Numbered from the stretch's first letter, positions 39,062 through 49,357 are shown. The stretch: 64,000 nt of DNA from an uncultured delta proteobacterium (GCA_963807225.1 CAWEAD010000011.1:31749-95748), one strand, 5' to 3'. Notes: generated from the letters alone by a model not told the origin. Made by a program: numbers and translations.

Positions 39062-39326
39062 GCTGATCTACCCGGAAAGCTATATACGACGAGCCCGAAA
39101 GTTTATCAAGCGCCACCCAGAACTCCTCGGCCAGTACCGGAAAACCCTGGAGCTCCTGGAAATCAACCCTCAACATCCTTCCCTTCGTCTGCATCCCCTG
39201 AAAGGTCGGCTGGCCGGCCTGCACTCGGTCTCGATCAACATCAGCTATCGGATCAGCCTGGAACTCGTCATTTCCGACCAGGAAATTATCCTGGTCAATA
39301 TCGGCACCCATGACGAGGTCTATTGA
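39051..39326 (+). CDS. RelE/YafQ-superfamily toxin
   Basis: PSLRLHPLKGRL..HSVSINISYRI..LVNIGTHDEVY. Confidence 0.88.
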   Translation: MPYRLIYPESYIRRARKFIKRHPELLGQYRKTLELLEINPQHPSLRLHPLKGRLAGLHSVSINISYRISLELVISDQEIILVNIGTHDEVY

Positions 39327-39370
39327 GTAACCAAGAAAACTCTTGCGCACGATGAGTACGAGAAGGCATA

Positions 39371-39734
39371 TTGTTCAAGATCGCCTGGGTTTCCTTGGAG
39401 ATTATCGGCGTTGCCATCTTTATGTTCGGACTCATCTCTACCGCCTGGGCCAAGGAGGCGAACCGTAAGGGGGTCGGGCAATTGCGTGGCTTCGATTGGA
39501 ATGGGTCTGTTTGGCATCATGATAACCGCCTTTGCTTTCAGACGCCGCGAAGCGTGGGCTTGGCTTACGCTCTGGTACTATCCAATTTTCTGGATCGCTC
39601 ATTTGTTCGGAGCACTCCCGCCGGCAAACGAACACATCCACCAGGTCGTCTTTATTGTACTGTGGATAGGCAGCCTTCTGCTCACCGTGCGCGAGTTCTT
39701 CCCGCAATCGCGGGGATTTTGGGGACGGTCATGA
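39371..39734 (+). pseudogene. Frameshifted membrane protein gene
   Basis: TM segment FKIAWVSLEIIGVAIFMFGL in one frame continues as VASIGMGLFGIMI..WAWLTLWYYPIFW..HIHQVVFIVL in another near 39480. Confidence 0.55.
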
Positions 39735-39853
39735 TTTCATGCTTTTCGTTTTGATGCGAGGATAGCTGAAAATTTCAGGAAACGATTAACGTGCCTGGGT
39801 GGTCCAGGCATTGAAAGAAAGCCTTCTCAATTATCAAGATGGTCACTTGACCC

Positions 39854-39933
39854 GAGAACGTCTGTGGCGCTGACGCGGCAAGTCCCTAGCGGCGCAAGAG
39901 ACCTTGTCGTTGGTCGCTACCAAGACTGTATTC
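39854..39933 (+). other. Degenerate attC-like site
   Basis: GAGAAC left core, imperfect inverted repeat gtctgtggcgc../..cgctaccaagac, GTATTC right end just before an AT-rich ORF. Confidence 0.3.
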
Positions 39934-39955
39934 AACTATCGCATAGCGATATATT

Positions 39956-40267
39956 ATGGAACCGCATACGATGCTAGATTATATTAGCAATAACAAAGAG
40001 TTAATATTGATTTGCACTTCTGGTTTCGGCTTGGTCTGTGTCATTACTCTTGTTGGGTGTACCGTTTACTTACGGAATCAAGAGAAAAAGGGAATTGATC
40101 CCACAAAACTCGCGTCTAGTCCGATTGGTAAAAGTATAATTGACGATCTATTACAAAACCCGCATGCAAATTTGAGCCAAGGACAAGCCATTATCAACTA
40201 CCTTGTTCTTGGAGCATTTATATTTATTTGCTTGTTTGTAATTAGTTTCTCGATATTGAAGTATTGA
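39956..40267 (+). CDS. Hypothetical two-TM membrane protein
   Basis: AT-rich ORF with two hydrophobic segments. Confidence 0.55.
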   Translation: MEPHTMLDYISNNKELILICTSGFGLVCVITLVGCTVYLRNQEKKGIDPTKLASSPIGKSIIDDLLQNPHANLSQGQAIINYLVLGAFIFICLFVISFSILKY

Positions 40268-40298
40268 AAATTACAAATAATACATCTGGGTAATCCAT

Positions 40299-40877
40299 AT
40301 GATTGTTGGTGACAAATATAAAGCCAAATATATCAATCAGACAACTTTGCCAGCTAAACATAAATGGAAATATCCAAATGTTTACATGTCTCAGCGAAAA
40401 ATATTATGTTTAATCTGCGCAATATTGTTGTTATTCTTTGCAAGAATATACGTCGAAAGTTGAGGATTAAATTCTTTTGTATATTATTGGTATATTATTT
40501 CAGTTCCGACGATATTGTGCATGTTGGCGTATGGTATTAATTCAGTATTTAAGTACAACGAGCTAGAAATTAGAAAGAGTTATGTGATTTACAGTATCGT
40601 TTCGATTTTCAAACGAAAAACATTCAAAGATAAACTTTCAAAGTTTAAAGGAATTTATGTCGTTGAAGAACAAAGACCTAAGGTAGATCTATTCGATGGT
40701 GGTTCAACGGAATTGTTTGAGCCGATCTATACCGTTTTGCTTTGTCATCCAGAATTGTTTGACGTTAAATTTCCTCTATACGAAACAACCATGAAGAGCA
40801 TCGCAAAGAAAAAAGCTGAAAATTATTCCGAGTTGTTAAATTTGCCTGTAATAAATGAGGCGGAATATTTTGAATAA
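40299..40877 (+). pseudogene. Hypothetical membrane protein interrupted by in-frame TGA at 40461
   Basis: ATG 40299 is open to TGA 40461 and in frame with ORF 40515-40877; AT-rich, no SECIS-like hairpin. Confidence 0.55.
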
Positions 40878-40884
40878 CACAAAA

Positions 40885-41021
40885 GTTAACCAGTCAGCCG
40901 ACCGCGGGCACGAGCCAAGGGTTCGTGCCAAGATAATTAGCTGAAATGAAAGATGATTTCATAGAAAAAATGGCCCGACAAAAATCACTCTGCGGCCAAG
41001 TCGCAGATGTTCTCGTTCAAA
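40885..41021 (+). other. Long degenerate attC-like site
   Basis: GTTAACCAGTC just after a stop codon; GTTCTC/GTTCAAA just before the next ATG; partial internal complementarity. Confidence 0.3.
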
Positions 41022-41031
41022 AAATTAACCG

Positions 41032-41718
41032 ATGTTTCAAAGAATTCCTGAACCCGAATTGATGGAAGCGGTGGATCAAGTCGCTGCTTATGCCGATGCC
41101 GATTTTAGCGAATCGCATGATCGGATCATCGAGCAGGTGGCGGAGGCGTTTCCGGGCTTGCGGTTTGACGGAGAGGTCCTGAATCTTGGTTGCGGCAGCG
41201 GTGACGATACTTTCCGGTTTTTATATCGATATCCGGAGAGTCGCGTCATCGGCGTTGACGGATCCACGGCGATGATTGACCGGGCGAAATCCGATCTCGC
41301 TTCCCGTCACAGCGCATTGGCTCATCGGCTACAGTTCGTCGTCGGCTACATACCGAGTGAAGATATCCCCAGCTGGCCTTATGCGGCAATTTTGAGCAAC
41401 AGCCTCTTGCACCACATGCATAGACCGGAATTGTTCTGGTCTGCTGTCCGAGAGCATTCGAAGAAAGGGACGGCCATATTCGTGGCGGACCTGCGCAGGC
41501 CCGGTTCAAGAGAAGATGCGGCAGAATTGGTACGGCTTTATGCCGGGGATGCTCCGGAAGTTCTTCGAGCGGATTTCTATAACTCGCTGTGCGCCGCATT
41601 TACTGTCGACGAAGTCCAAAGTCAGCTGAACGAGGCGGGTCTGACGGAGTTGCAGGTATGCGAGATCGGCGACAGCCATCTGGTCATCTCCGGTGTCAGA
41701 GCGCAAACCGGGCCATAA
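41032..41718 (+). CDS. Class I SAM-dependent methyltransferase
   Basis: RIPEPELM, VLNLGCGSG, GVDGSTAM, SNSLLHH, DLRRP, DFYNSLCAAFT. Confidence 0.9.
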   Translation: MFQRIPEPELMEAVDQVAAYADADFSESHDRIIEQVAEAFPGLRFDGEVLNLGCGSGDDTFRFLYRYPESRVIGVDGSTAMIDRAKSDLASRHSALAHRLQFVVGYIPSEDIPSWPYAAILSNSLLHHMHRPELFWSAVREHSKKGTAIFVADLRRPGSREDAAELVRLYAGDAPEVLRADFYNSLCAAFTVDEVQSQLNEAGLTELQVCEIGDSHLVISGVRAQTGP

Positions 41719-41759
41719 GAAGGGTTCCAGCCGCTTGAGAGCAGCTCCCCAAAGACTAA

Positions 41760-42623
41760 TCAAAACCTCTGCCGGTAGGAACAACGGCGGCAGAGTTCCT
41801 CCACCACCTTCCTTTGGGCAAATCCTTCCCGAATCCGGCGTGCCCTTTTCCCCTCGACGATCTCAGCGAAAGGCTGTTCGTTGATATTGCCCAGGGCGAT
41901 TTCACCGCCCCCGTCCAGGCAGCAGGGCACCACCGTGCCGTCGGCCAGGATGGCGATCTGATCCCGCAATGCCGGGCAGAAGCCTTGGTTGCCGCGCTCC
42001 TCACCGCTCAATGACGGCCATTCGAACAACTCTTTCCGGCTGATAAAGATCCGCTCAGCCAGGCGAAAGCCATGCCCACCGTCCGCCAGATCGGTGAGCG
42101 GCAAGGTCAGGCCGAAGAACTCCTCCAAGCCGGCCAACGCCTCTTCCTGCCAACGGCCGGGACCGGCCGTCAGCCTGGGCCGGTCCCAGAGCCGCAGACT
42201 GACGAAGATCCCCGTTGTGGCCGCTTGCCTGGCGAAAGCCAGCACCCCGGCCAGATAGCTTTTCGGTTCATAAGCGTTGGCCCGCCCCATCACACTGTGC
42301 AGCGAGATATTGACCTGCCGCAGGGCCGGGTTGGCGGCAAGCATCTCCCCGAGTCGCGGCAGCAGGGTACCGTTGGTGGTGAGGTTCACCTTGAGCCCGT
42401 GTTCCCGGCACATGGCGAGGATCTCCGCCAAATCCGGATGCAGCAGCGGTTCGCCCAAAACATGCAGGGACAGATGGTCGGTGAATTCCTTGAGCTTCGG
42501 CAAGAGAACGGCACAGGCGGCGACGGAGAGGTCCGCCGAAATCCTGTGGCCGGGGGCGCAGAATTCACAGCTCAGGTTGCAGCGGTTGGTGATCTCGAGA
42601 AAGATCTTCTTGAATCTGGGCAA
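41760..42623 (-). CDS. Radical SAM / SPASM-twitch domain protein
   Basis: CNLSCEFC, GEPLLHP, TTNG, FCPALR..VPCCLD..CRRC. Confidence 0.9.
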   Translation of the reverse strand: MPRFKKIFLEITNRCNLSCEFCAPGHRISADLSVAACAVLLPKLKEFTDHLSLHVLGEPLLHPDLAEILAMCREHGLKVNLTTNGTLLPRLGEMLAANPALRQVNISLHSVMGRANAYEPKSYLAGVLAFARQAATTGIFVSLRLWDRPRLTAGPGRWQEEALAGLEEFFGLTLPLTDLADGGHGFRLAERIFISRKELFEWPSLSGEERGNQGFCPALRDQIAILADGTVVPCCLDGGGEIALGNINEQPFAEIVEGKRARRIREGFAQRKVVEELCRRCSYRQRF

Positions 42624-42884
42624 GGGGCGATGAGCCTCGACGGACCGGACGCATGGAAACGCCTCGACCCGCCGGCTGGGAGAGGTGAGACAATGTAGAG
42701 CCCGATGGGGCTTTTGCCAAGGGGAATTTCAATTGTTCGAATCGATGGTCCTGGTGGAGAGGGGATTATATGGAAAGACCGGACTTCGCTGAACACTTCC
42801 GGGCATCTACCTCCGCAATCACCTCGGCCGGCACTGCAGGCAAAACCTGCCGCCGACCCCTCTCCACACCGTCCACTCCGTCCG

Positions 42885-45551
42885 CTATTTCGGCGGAGGG
42901 CCCTGGGTCACCTGCACCAGATCCGCCGGGCGGAACCTTTTGGCGAAGGCCGACTTCACTTCACCGGCGCCGATCCCGATAATCCTTTTCGCCGCCCGTT
43001 CAGGCTCATCCAGCGGCAGCCGGTCGTGGACCAGTTCCAGATCCCGGCCGCCGATCCCCGCCACGCTGGACCGGGAGAAGAGACTCCGGCGTAGCAGCAG
43101 CAACTTGGCCTGACCTAATTCGACCTGGCTGACATCTTGCTCCTGCATGGTCCGCAGATCCTTCTCGATCATGGCTCGGGCCTTCCCGACTTTCTCCGGT
43201 TCGCAACCGTAGGAAATGATCAGCAGTGACCGCGTGGGACCGGCATCGAGCCGTCCGCCCACCGTGTAGACCAGGCCGCTTTCCTCCCGCAGATCACGGA
43301 AAAAACGGCTGGCGTAGAAGCCGCCGGACAGCACATGCATCCCGACCTGCAGCGGGTAGTAATCCGGACTGGTCCTGGTGACGTCACCAACCTGGGCCAG
43401 GGTCACCTGATCCTGCACCCTACCTGGGTCGGGGACCAGATGGGTCGAGGGTTTGCTGGGCGGCACCGGCGGCAGGTCGAGATCCGGAACCGGCCCCTCG
43501 GCTCGCCAGGCCCCGAAATATTTGGCGATCACCCGTCGCGCCTCATCGGCTTCAATCTTCCCGATCACCACAATGGTGGTCAGATCGGGCCGGAAAACCT
43601 TTTCATGGTATGCCTTGACGTCCTTTAAGCGCACCCCCTTGACGGTCTCCGGCGTCGCTTCGCGAAGTGACGGATCTCCGGCCGGGAACAGCGCTTCGAG
43701 CAAGGCCCGCCGGGCATGATAATCCGGGCTCTGCCGTTCGCCGGCCAGGGCCGCGGCCTCTTCCCGCCGCACGATGGTAAAAGCCTCTTGGGGCAGAGCC
43801 GGATGCAGGAGATTGTCGGCCAGCAGGGCCACGCCTCGTTCGAATCGGTCGTCCAGGGTCTGCAGGGAGAAGCTGGTGCCGACCTTGAGGTTGGCGGCGA
43901 TATCATCCACGGCCTTCCTGAAGGCAAGCCGGCCGAGAGAAGTAGTACCGTAGGAAAACAGTTCGGAGAGCAGATCGGCCACCCCTTCTTTGCCCTCGGG
44001 TTCCTGGATCTCCGAACGATTTCTGATCTCGCCGTAAAGGGAGATAGTGGGACTGATCGCCAAAGGCCGGACAATGAGGCGCAGACCGTTGTCCAGCCGG
44101 AATTCATGGGGCGCCGGCGCCGGAGCCGGGGCCTTCAGCCGGCCGAGATCCTTGGCCCAGGCGGGCAGCGCCACCGGCTTGACCTCTTTGGGGGTGAAAG
44201 CCTCCTTACCCCCAACCTTCCCGCCGGACACCGGCTTGCCGCCCGCCCGAGGGGTGAGGACGGCGGTGATCGCCGTTTCCCGGTGCAAACATTCCCGAGC
44301 CACCCGGTTGACGTCGGCCACGGTCACCCTCCGGATCGCCTCAATATCGTCGTCCGGCGATTGCCGTCCCTCCACGGCCACGGCCTGCGACCAGGCGAAG
44401 GCCAGACCCTCGATGGAATTCTTGGCGAACTGGGCATCGGCGATCTCGCGTTCCTTGGCCGCCGCCACCAGTTCAGGCGGCACCCCGTCACGGCGATAAC
44501 CCTCGATGATCTCCTGTAAACGTTTAACCAGGGCCGCGCCGTCCCCGCCCTTGGCATAGGCGGCTACCACATAGCCCATGGTGGCCGGGGCCTGTTCTTC
44601 AGCCGAGAAGCCGGTGGAGAGGGCCTTCCCTTCAATCACCAGACCATAGAGCCGGGCTCGGTGGCTGTCCAACACTTCGCCGAGAATCCGGCCGGCGGCA
44701 TAGTCAGGACTGTCGTAACCGGGCAAGCGATAGGCCGCCACCGCCAGGCCATATGGCAGATCGGTTTCCATATCGAGTACTGCCGGAGCGGCTGGGCCGA
44801 GCTTGACCTCAGGCCGCGCCGGCACCGGTCGTCTGGGAATATCGCCATAGAGACGCCGAACCAGTTTCAGGGTCGAGGCCGGATCTACATCGCCGACGAT
44901 GAACAAAATGGCGTTGTTGGGGCCATACCATTGTTCGTGGAATTTACGGAGCATCGCTCCGGTGGTCTTATCGAAAGAGGGTTTGTCGCCCAGGGCATCG
45001 ATAGCGTATGGGGTCCCGGCGAACATCCGGGCCAGCAAGCGGGTATGAAAGACATACATCGGTTCGGATAAATCCCGGGCCACCTCCTGCTCGATAGCGC
45101 CCCGTTCCTTGATCCAGAGCTTCTCGCTGGCCAGCACCCCGGCCATACGCAACGCCTCGACCCGCAGGGCCGCTTCCAGCTCATCTGCCGGGGCGGCTAC
45201 GAAGTACTGGGTCACCGTCTGCTGCGTGTCAGCGTTGGATTCACCGCCCAGGGCCGCCATGATGGTGGCGAGCTGGTCGGCCGAAAGGCCGGGGCTGCCG
45301 CGAAACATCATGTGCTCCAGGGCATGGGCGGTGCCGGGAAAGCCCTTCGGACTCTGGTTGCCACCGACCAGGTAATTGACCTGGACCTCCGCCACCGGGG
45401 CAAGTCGATCGACGACAATTATAACCCGCAAACCGTTATCCAGGGTGGCCCGCACCACCCCGGCCTCGGCCGCCGCCCCTCCGGAGAGAAAAGTCAGCAA
45501 CAGGGTCGCGCCCAGGAGTATTTCCGCCAGAGTTCTGCTCAGCTTAGTCAT
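42885..45551 (-). CDS. Periplasmic M16 (pitrilysin-family) zinc protease, fused two-module form
   Basis: Signal peptide, GTAHALEHMMFRGS (HxxEH), second LDNGLRLIV module, LREESGLVY. Confidence 0.92.
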   Translation of the reverse strand: MTKLSRTLAEILLGATLLLTFLSGGAAAEAGVVRATLDNGLRVIIVVDRLAPVAEVQVNYLVGGNQSPKGFPGTAHALEHMMFRGSPGLSADQLATIMAALGGESNADTQQTVTQYFVAAPADELEAALRVEALRMAGVLASEKLWIKERGAIEQEVARDLSEPMYVFHTRLLARMFAGTPYAIDALGDKPSFDKTTGAMLRKFHEQWYGPNNAILFIVGDVDPASTLKLVRRLYGDIPRRPVPARPEVKLGPAAPAVLDMETDLPYGLAVAAYRLPGYDSPDYAAGRILGEVLDSHRARLYGLVIEGKALSTGFSAEEQAPATMGYVVAAYAKGGDGAALVKRLQEIIEGYRRDGVPPELVAAAKEREIADAQFAKNSIEGLAFAWSQAVAVEGRQSPDDDIEAIRRVTVADVNRVARECLHRETAITAVLTPRAGGKPVSGGKVGGKEAFTPKEVKPVALPAWAKDLGRLKAPAPAPAPHEFRLDNGLRLIVRPLAISPTISLYGEIRNRSEIQEPEGKEGVADLLSELFSYGTTSLGRLAFRKAVDDIAANLKVGTSFSLQTLDDRFERGVALLADNLLHPALPQEAFTIVRREEAAALAGERQSPDYHARRALLEALFPAGDPSLREATPETVKGVRLKDVKAYHEKVFRPDLTTIVVIGKIEADEARRVIAKYFGAWRAEGPVPDLDLPPVPPSKPSTHLVPDPGRVQDQVTLAQVGDVTRTSPDYYPLQVGMHVLSGGFYASRFFRDLREESGLVYTVGGRLDAGPTRSLLIISYGCEPEKVGKARAMIEKDLRTMQEQDVSQVELGQAKLLLLRRSLFSRSSVAGIGGRDLELVHDRLPLDEPERAAKRIIGIGAGEVKSAFAKRFRPADLVQVTQGPPPK

Positions 45552-45901
45552 GTTCGCACCTTTCAGTCGGGAGCTGGAAATTTCTTAGTTGAATCATATT
45601 CCCATATTGAAGCACGGACGGCACAGCGGATAAAGCGGAAAAATCACCAACCTTCAACTTAGCAATTCAATTCCCGAGGTTATTCTAACGATGATCCGGT
45701 TCCGACTACCGAGCCGTCCTCAAACGGCTAAAGCGCTCTTGACTTTGATATTATATCGCTCCAAGCTGTAATTGAATTCTGCATGTTTTCTTCGGTTCCG
45801 GTGAGCATTTTCTTCGTTGTTTGGCAACAATCGGCAAAGGCACTCCATAAAGTTGAGTTTTAATACGATGATTTTTAACCCACTAAGGCACGGAGGCTGG
45901 T

Positions 45902-46111
45902 ATGGAAAAGAATGTCGGCGGTATCGATCAAAAAATTCGTTTGATCCTGGGCGCGGCCCTGCTGGTCGGCGGAGTGCTGGCGCCGCTGGACCTCTACTGG
46001 CGGATTGGTGTGCTGGCCGTAGCGGTTATAGCGCTGACCACCGCCTTTACCGGACTCTGACCTGTTTGGAAGGTGCTCGGGATCAGCACCAGGAAAAAAG
46101 AGAAAAATTAG
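45902..46111 (+). CDS. DUF2892/YgaP-like membrane selenoprotein, UGA 46058-46060 as Sec53, 69 aa
   Basis: Not in ORF track. MEKNVGGIDQKIRLILG..TTAFTGL-U-PVWKVLGISTRKKEKN; U aligns to the family's G-x-C-P Cys; RBS ggagg; hairpin GGTGCT/AGCACC 46072-46090. Confidence 0.85.
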
Positions 46112-46306
46112 AGTCGATTGAGGTCAATATCACTCCGCTAATTACTTAATTTAAGCCTGTATTTTTCGTGAATTCCCATGAGTAGCCTTGACACAGTGCC
46201 CCGGCAGTCGCCGGGGTGACGATTTTTTTGCGAGTTCACCGGTTATCAGCCGATGATGAATTGTTAGTTCTTTCCCAAGAAGGCTTCACCGCCAAAAGGA
46301 TCTTTT

Positions 46307-49300
46307 ATGAAATGGTTAGGCATCGTCACCGGCCTCATTCTCCTGCTGCTTGCCGCGGTTTACGGATTACTCTTTACTTCCCCCGGCAATAGGCTCATCG
46401 CTCCTCTTATTGTAAACCGGATCGATCGGGCCACCGCCTTGCAGACCAGCTTGGAGAGGTTTGAATTGCGGCCCGGCAGGTTTGTCGTAACCCTGCTTCT
46501 CAGTCCGGACAACCGGATCGAAGCCGAAGGAGATTTCACGGTTTTCAGCCGCGGTCTCAAGGCAAACTACCGCGTGCGCTGCAACGATCTGTCGGCCCTG
46601 CAGCCTTTGACCAAGACCCCTCTTTACGGCCGTTTCCACACGGCAGGAACGGTCAATGGGAGCCTGAACAACCTACTCATCACCGGTTCCAGCGATATCG
46701 CCGAAAGCGCTACGTCATATTCGGTGACTCTGGTGGACCTCAACCCCGCTTCCATCAAGGCCGTAATCACCGATGCCAAGGCGGCGCAACTGCTTCTGCT
46801 GGTCGGTAAAAAACCCTTCAGCACGGCCGATCTCTCCTTGGATATGGACCTCAAAAACGTCGACCCTAAGGCCCTGGACGGCGATCTGGTTCTCACGGTA
46901 ACCCGGGGAACCATCGATACGGATCTGATGAAAAAGGAATTCGACCTGACCTTGCCGCAAACCTCGTATTCCCTGAAAGCCACCAGCCATCTGGCCGGCC
47001 GGACGATAACCTATGCCGTCACTCTAGAATCAAACCTTGCCCATTTCTCCTCGGAAGGCACGGTAGCACCGGAATCGCTGCAAACGGACCTGAGTTACCG
47101 GCTTGACGCCAGGGAACTCGCCCTTTTCAAGCCGTTGACCAACGCCCCGTTGCGAGGTCCGTTCATGACCTCGGGCACCGTCAAGGGTGACCGGCTGAAA
47201 ATGACCATCACCGGCACCTCCGACATCGCCGCCAGTGAATCGAATTACGATCTCACCCTGGAAGAGCTCAAGCCCAGACAGGTGCTGGTCAAGATCAACC
47301 ATGCCCAGCTGGACAAACTCCTTTACATGGGGGAGCAACCTTCATTCGCCAAGGGGCGTCTCGATGTCGATCTGAACCTTACCGATCTCGACCCCGACAA
47401 TCTCAAGGGCCAGGCCACGGTCAAGATCGGCAACGGCGAACTGGTCGGCAAGGTATTTAAGCGGGAGTACGATATCGATCTGCCTCAGACCGCCTTCACC
47501 TGCGGTCTTGAAGCCACGCTCAAAGGGAAAGAGGTCGCCTATCAGGCCCGGTTCGACTCGAATCTGGCCGGAATCGATTCCCAGGGCGGCTTTATTCCCA
47601 AGACCCTGGGCCTGGACCTTAATTACCGGATCGATATCGCCAAACTGGAACTGCTCAAGCCGCTTACCAAGGCCCCGTTGCGCGGTCCCTTTAAAACCTC
47701 GGGAACCGTCAAGGGCGACCGACTGAAAATGACCATCGCCGGCACCTCCGACATCGCCGCCAGCCAGACGAATTACGACCTCACGCTCGAAGAACTCAAG
47801 CCCAGGCAGGTGTTGTTCAAAATCAATCATGCCCAGCTGGACAAACTCCTTTACATGGGGGAGCAACCCTCTTTTGCCAAAGGCAGTCTCGATGTCGATC
47901 TGAACCTCACCGATCTCGATCCCGACAATCTCAAAGGCAAGGCCGAGGTCAAGATCGGCAACGGCGAGCTGGTCAGCGCCGTCTTTAAGAAGGAGTACGA
48001 TATCGATCTGCCGCTGACCGCTTTCACCTGCGGTCTTGCGGCCACGCTCAAAGGGAAAGAGGTCGACTATCGAATGCAGTTCGATTCGAATCCGGCCAAA
48101 TTCGGCTCCGAGGGCAGCCTTGTCCCCAAGACCTTCGGCCTGGACTTGAACTACCGGGTCGATATCGCCAAACTCGAATTGCTGCAACCGATTACCGGAA
48201 CACCGTTACGCGGGGCCATGAAATTCAGCGGTACGGCGAAAGGCGACCGGGAACTGCTGAATGTTGAAGGGTCCAGCGACCTGGCCGGCGGCGAAACTAC
48301 CTTCCGGGCCGTCCTAACCGATTTCAAGCCCGCGAGCATCAAGGCGAAAATCAAGAATCTGCAGCTGGCTAAAGCCCTTTCCATGGCGGCAAAGCCGCAT
48401 TATGCCGACGGGGTACTGAACGTCGATGTCGATATCGCCAATGCCAAGTCCGGTGAGCTTAAGGGAAAAGTTACCTCCGAAATCAGCCGCGGGATGCTTG
48501 ACTCAAAGGTGATTGCCACTGAGTTCGAACTAGGCGAGTTGCCCCAAACGACCTTTACCGTCAAGGCGCAAACCACACTGGAAGGCAAATTCGTCGACAC
48601 CGCCGCCAACCTCGATTCGTCGCTGCTTACTCTGAAGGTCAACCGCTTGCGCTACGATTCGAGCCAGGCGCTCCTGACCAGCGATTACCTGACCGATATC
48701 CCCGATCTCGACAAATTATTTTTTATTGCCGGGCGTCACCTCAAGGGGGCGATGACCGTCAAGGGCGAACTAAAAAAAGGCGAACACCTCGACTTTACGG
48801 CCCAATCCGACACCCTCGGCGGCCGTCTCGACGCAACCATCCATGACGATGACGTCCATGCCGTGATCAAAAAGGTCCAGACTCTCGAAGCACTGAAGCT
48901 GCTGATCTACCCCGAGATCTTCGCTTCTTCCCTCGACGGCACCCTCGATTACAATCTCAAGCAGAAGAAGGGAATCTTCGCCGCGAACCTCAGCGATGGA
49001 AAATTCACCCGCAATATCATGCTCGATCTGCTCCTGACCCTGGCCCAGACCGACCTTTACAAGGAGCGGTTTACCGGGACCCTGCACAGCAATATCAATC
49101 GGGAGCTGATCACCTCCGACCTCGACCTGCGTTCGAACACTTCGTCGATCAGCGGCAAGAATACGACCCTCAATTCCAAAACCAAGCAGGTCAACGCCAA
49201 GCTCGATGTAGTTGCCAACAATAATCTCATCCCCGTGACCATCAAAGGCACGGTCGATAAGCCCGAGGTCAAGCTCGACACTTCGGCCCTGCTCAAGAAC

Positions 49301-49357
49301 GAGGCGAACAAGGCACTGCAGAAGGAGGTAAACAAGCTGCTCAAGAATCTTTTTTGA
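46307..49357 (+). CDS. Large inner-membrane-anchored beta-rich AsmA/TamB-like protein with four 176-aa repeats
   Basis: Single N-terminal TM (LLFTSPGN), amphipathic beta strands, C-terminal IKGTVDKPEVKLD; repeat starts at 46604, 47132, 47660, 48188. Confidence 0.75.
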   Translation: MKWLGIVTGLILLLLAAVYGLLFTSPGNRLIAPLIVNRIDRATALQTSLERFELRPGRFVVTLLLSPDNRIEAEGDFTVFSRGLKANYRVRCNDLSALQPLTKTPLYGRFHTAGTVNGSLNNLLITGSSDIAESATSYSVTLVDLNPASIKAVITDAKAAQLLLLVGKKPFSTADLSLDMDLKNVDPKALDGDLVLTVTRGTIDTDLMKKEFDLTLPQTSYSLKATSHLAGRTITYAVTLESNLAHFSSEGTVAPESLQTDLSYRLDARELALFKPLTNAPLRGPFMTSGTVKGDRLKMTITGTSDIAASESNYDLTLEELKPRQVLVKINHAQLDKLLYMGEQPSFAKGRLDVDLNLTDLDPDNLKGQATVKIGNGELVGKVFKREYDIDLPQTAFTCGLEATLKGKEVAYQARFDSNLAGIDSQGGFIPKTLGLDLNYRIDIAKLELLKPLTKAPLRGPFKTSGTVKGDRLKMTIAGTSDIAASQTNYDLTLEELKPRQVLFKINHAQLDKLLYMGEQPSFAKGSLDVDLNLTDLDPDNLKGKAEVKIGNGELVSAVFKKEYDIDLPLTAFTCGLAATLKGKEVDYRMQFDSNPAKFGSEGSLVPKTFGLDLNYRVDIAKLELLQPITGTPLRGAMKFSGTAKGDRELLNVEGSSDLAGGETTFRAVLTDFKPASIKAKIKNLQLAKALSMAAKPHYADGVLNVDVDIANAKSGELKGKVTSEISRGMLDSKVIATEFELGELPQTTFTVKAQTTLEGKFVDTAANLDSSLLTLKVNRLRYDSSQALLTSDYLTDIPDLDKLFFIAGRHLKGAMTVKGELKKGEHLDFTAQSDTLGGRLDATIHDDDVHAVIKKVQTLEALKLLIYPEIFASSLDGTLDYNLKQKKGIFAANLSDGKFTRNIMLDLLLTLAQTDLYKERFTGTLHSNINRELITSDLDLRSNTSSISGKNTTLNSKTKQVNAKLDVVANNNLIPVTIKGTVDKPEVKLDTSALLKNEANKALQKEVNKLLKNLF
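47132..48187 (+). repeat. Recent intragenic tandem duplication, 2 x 528 nt
   Basis: Near-identical protein units; e.g. ttacatgggggagcaacc at 47323 and 47851. Confidence 0.9.

Noticed and set aside
40461-40463. In-frame TGA as selenocysteine
   Set aside because: AT-rich foreign gene, no hairpin, no redox motif; nonsense mutation is more likely
45817-46149. 110-aa ORF in the track
   Set aside because: Wrong frame; the real gene is the DUF2892-like protein at 45902-46111
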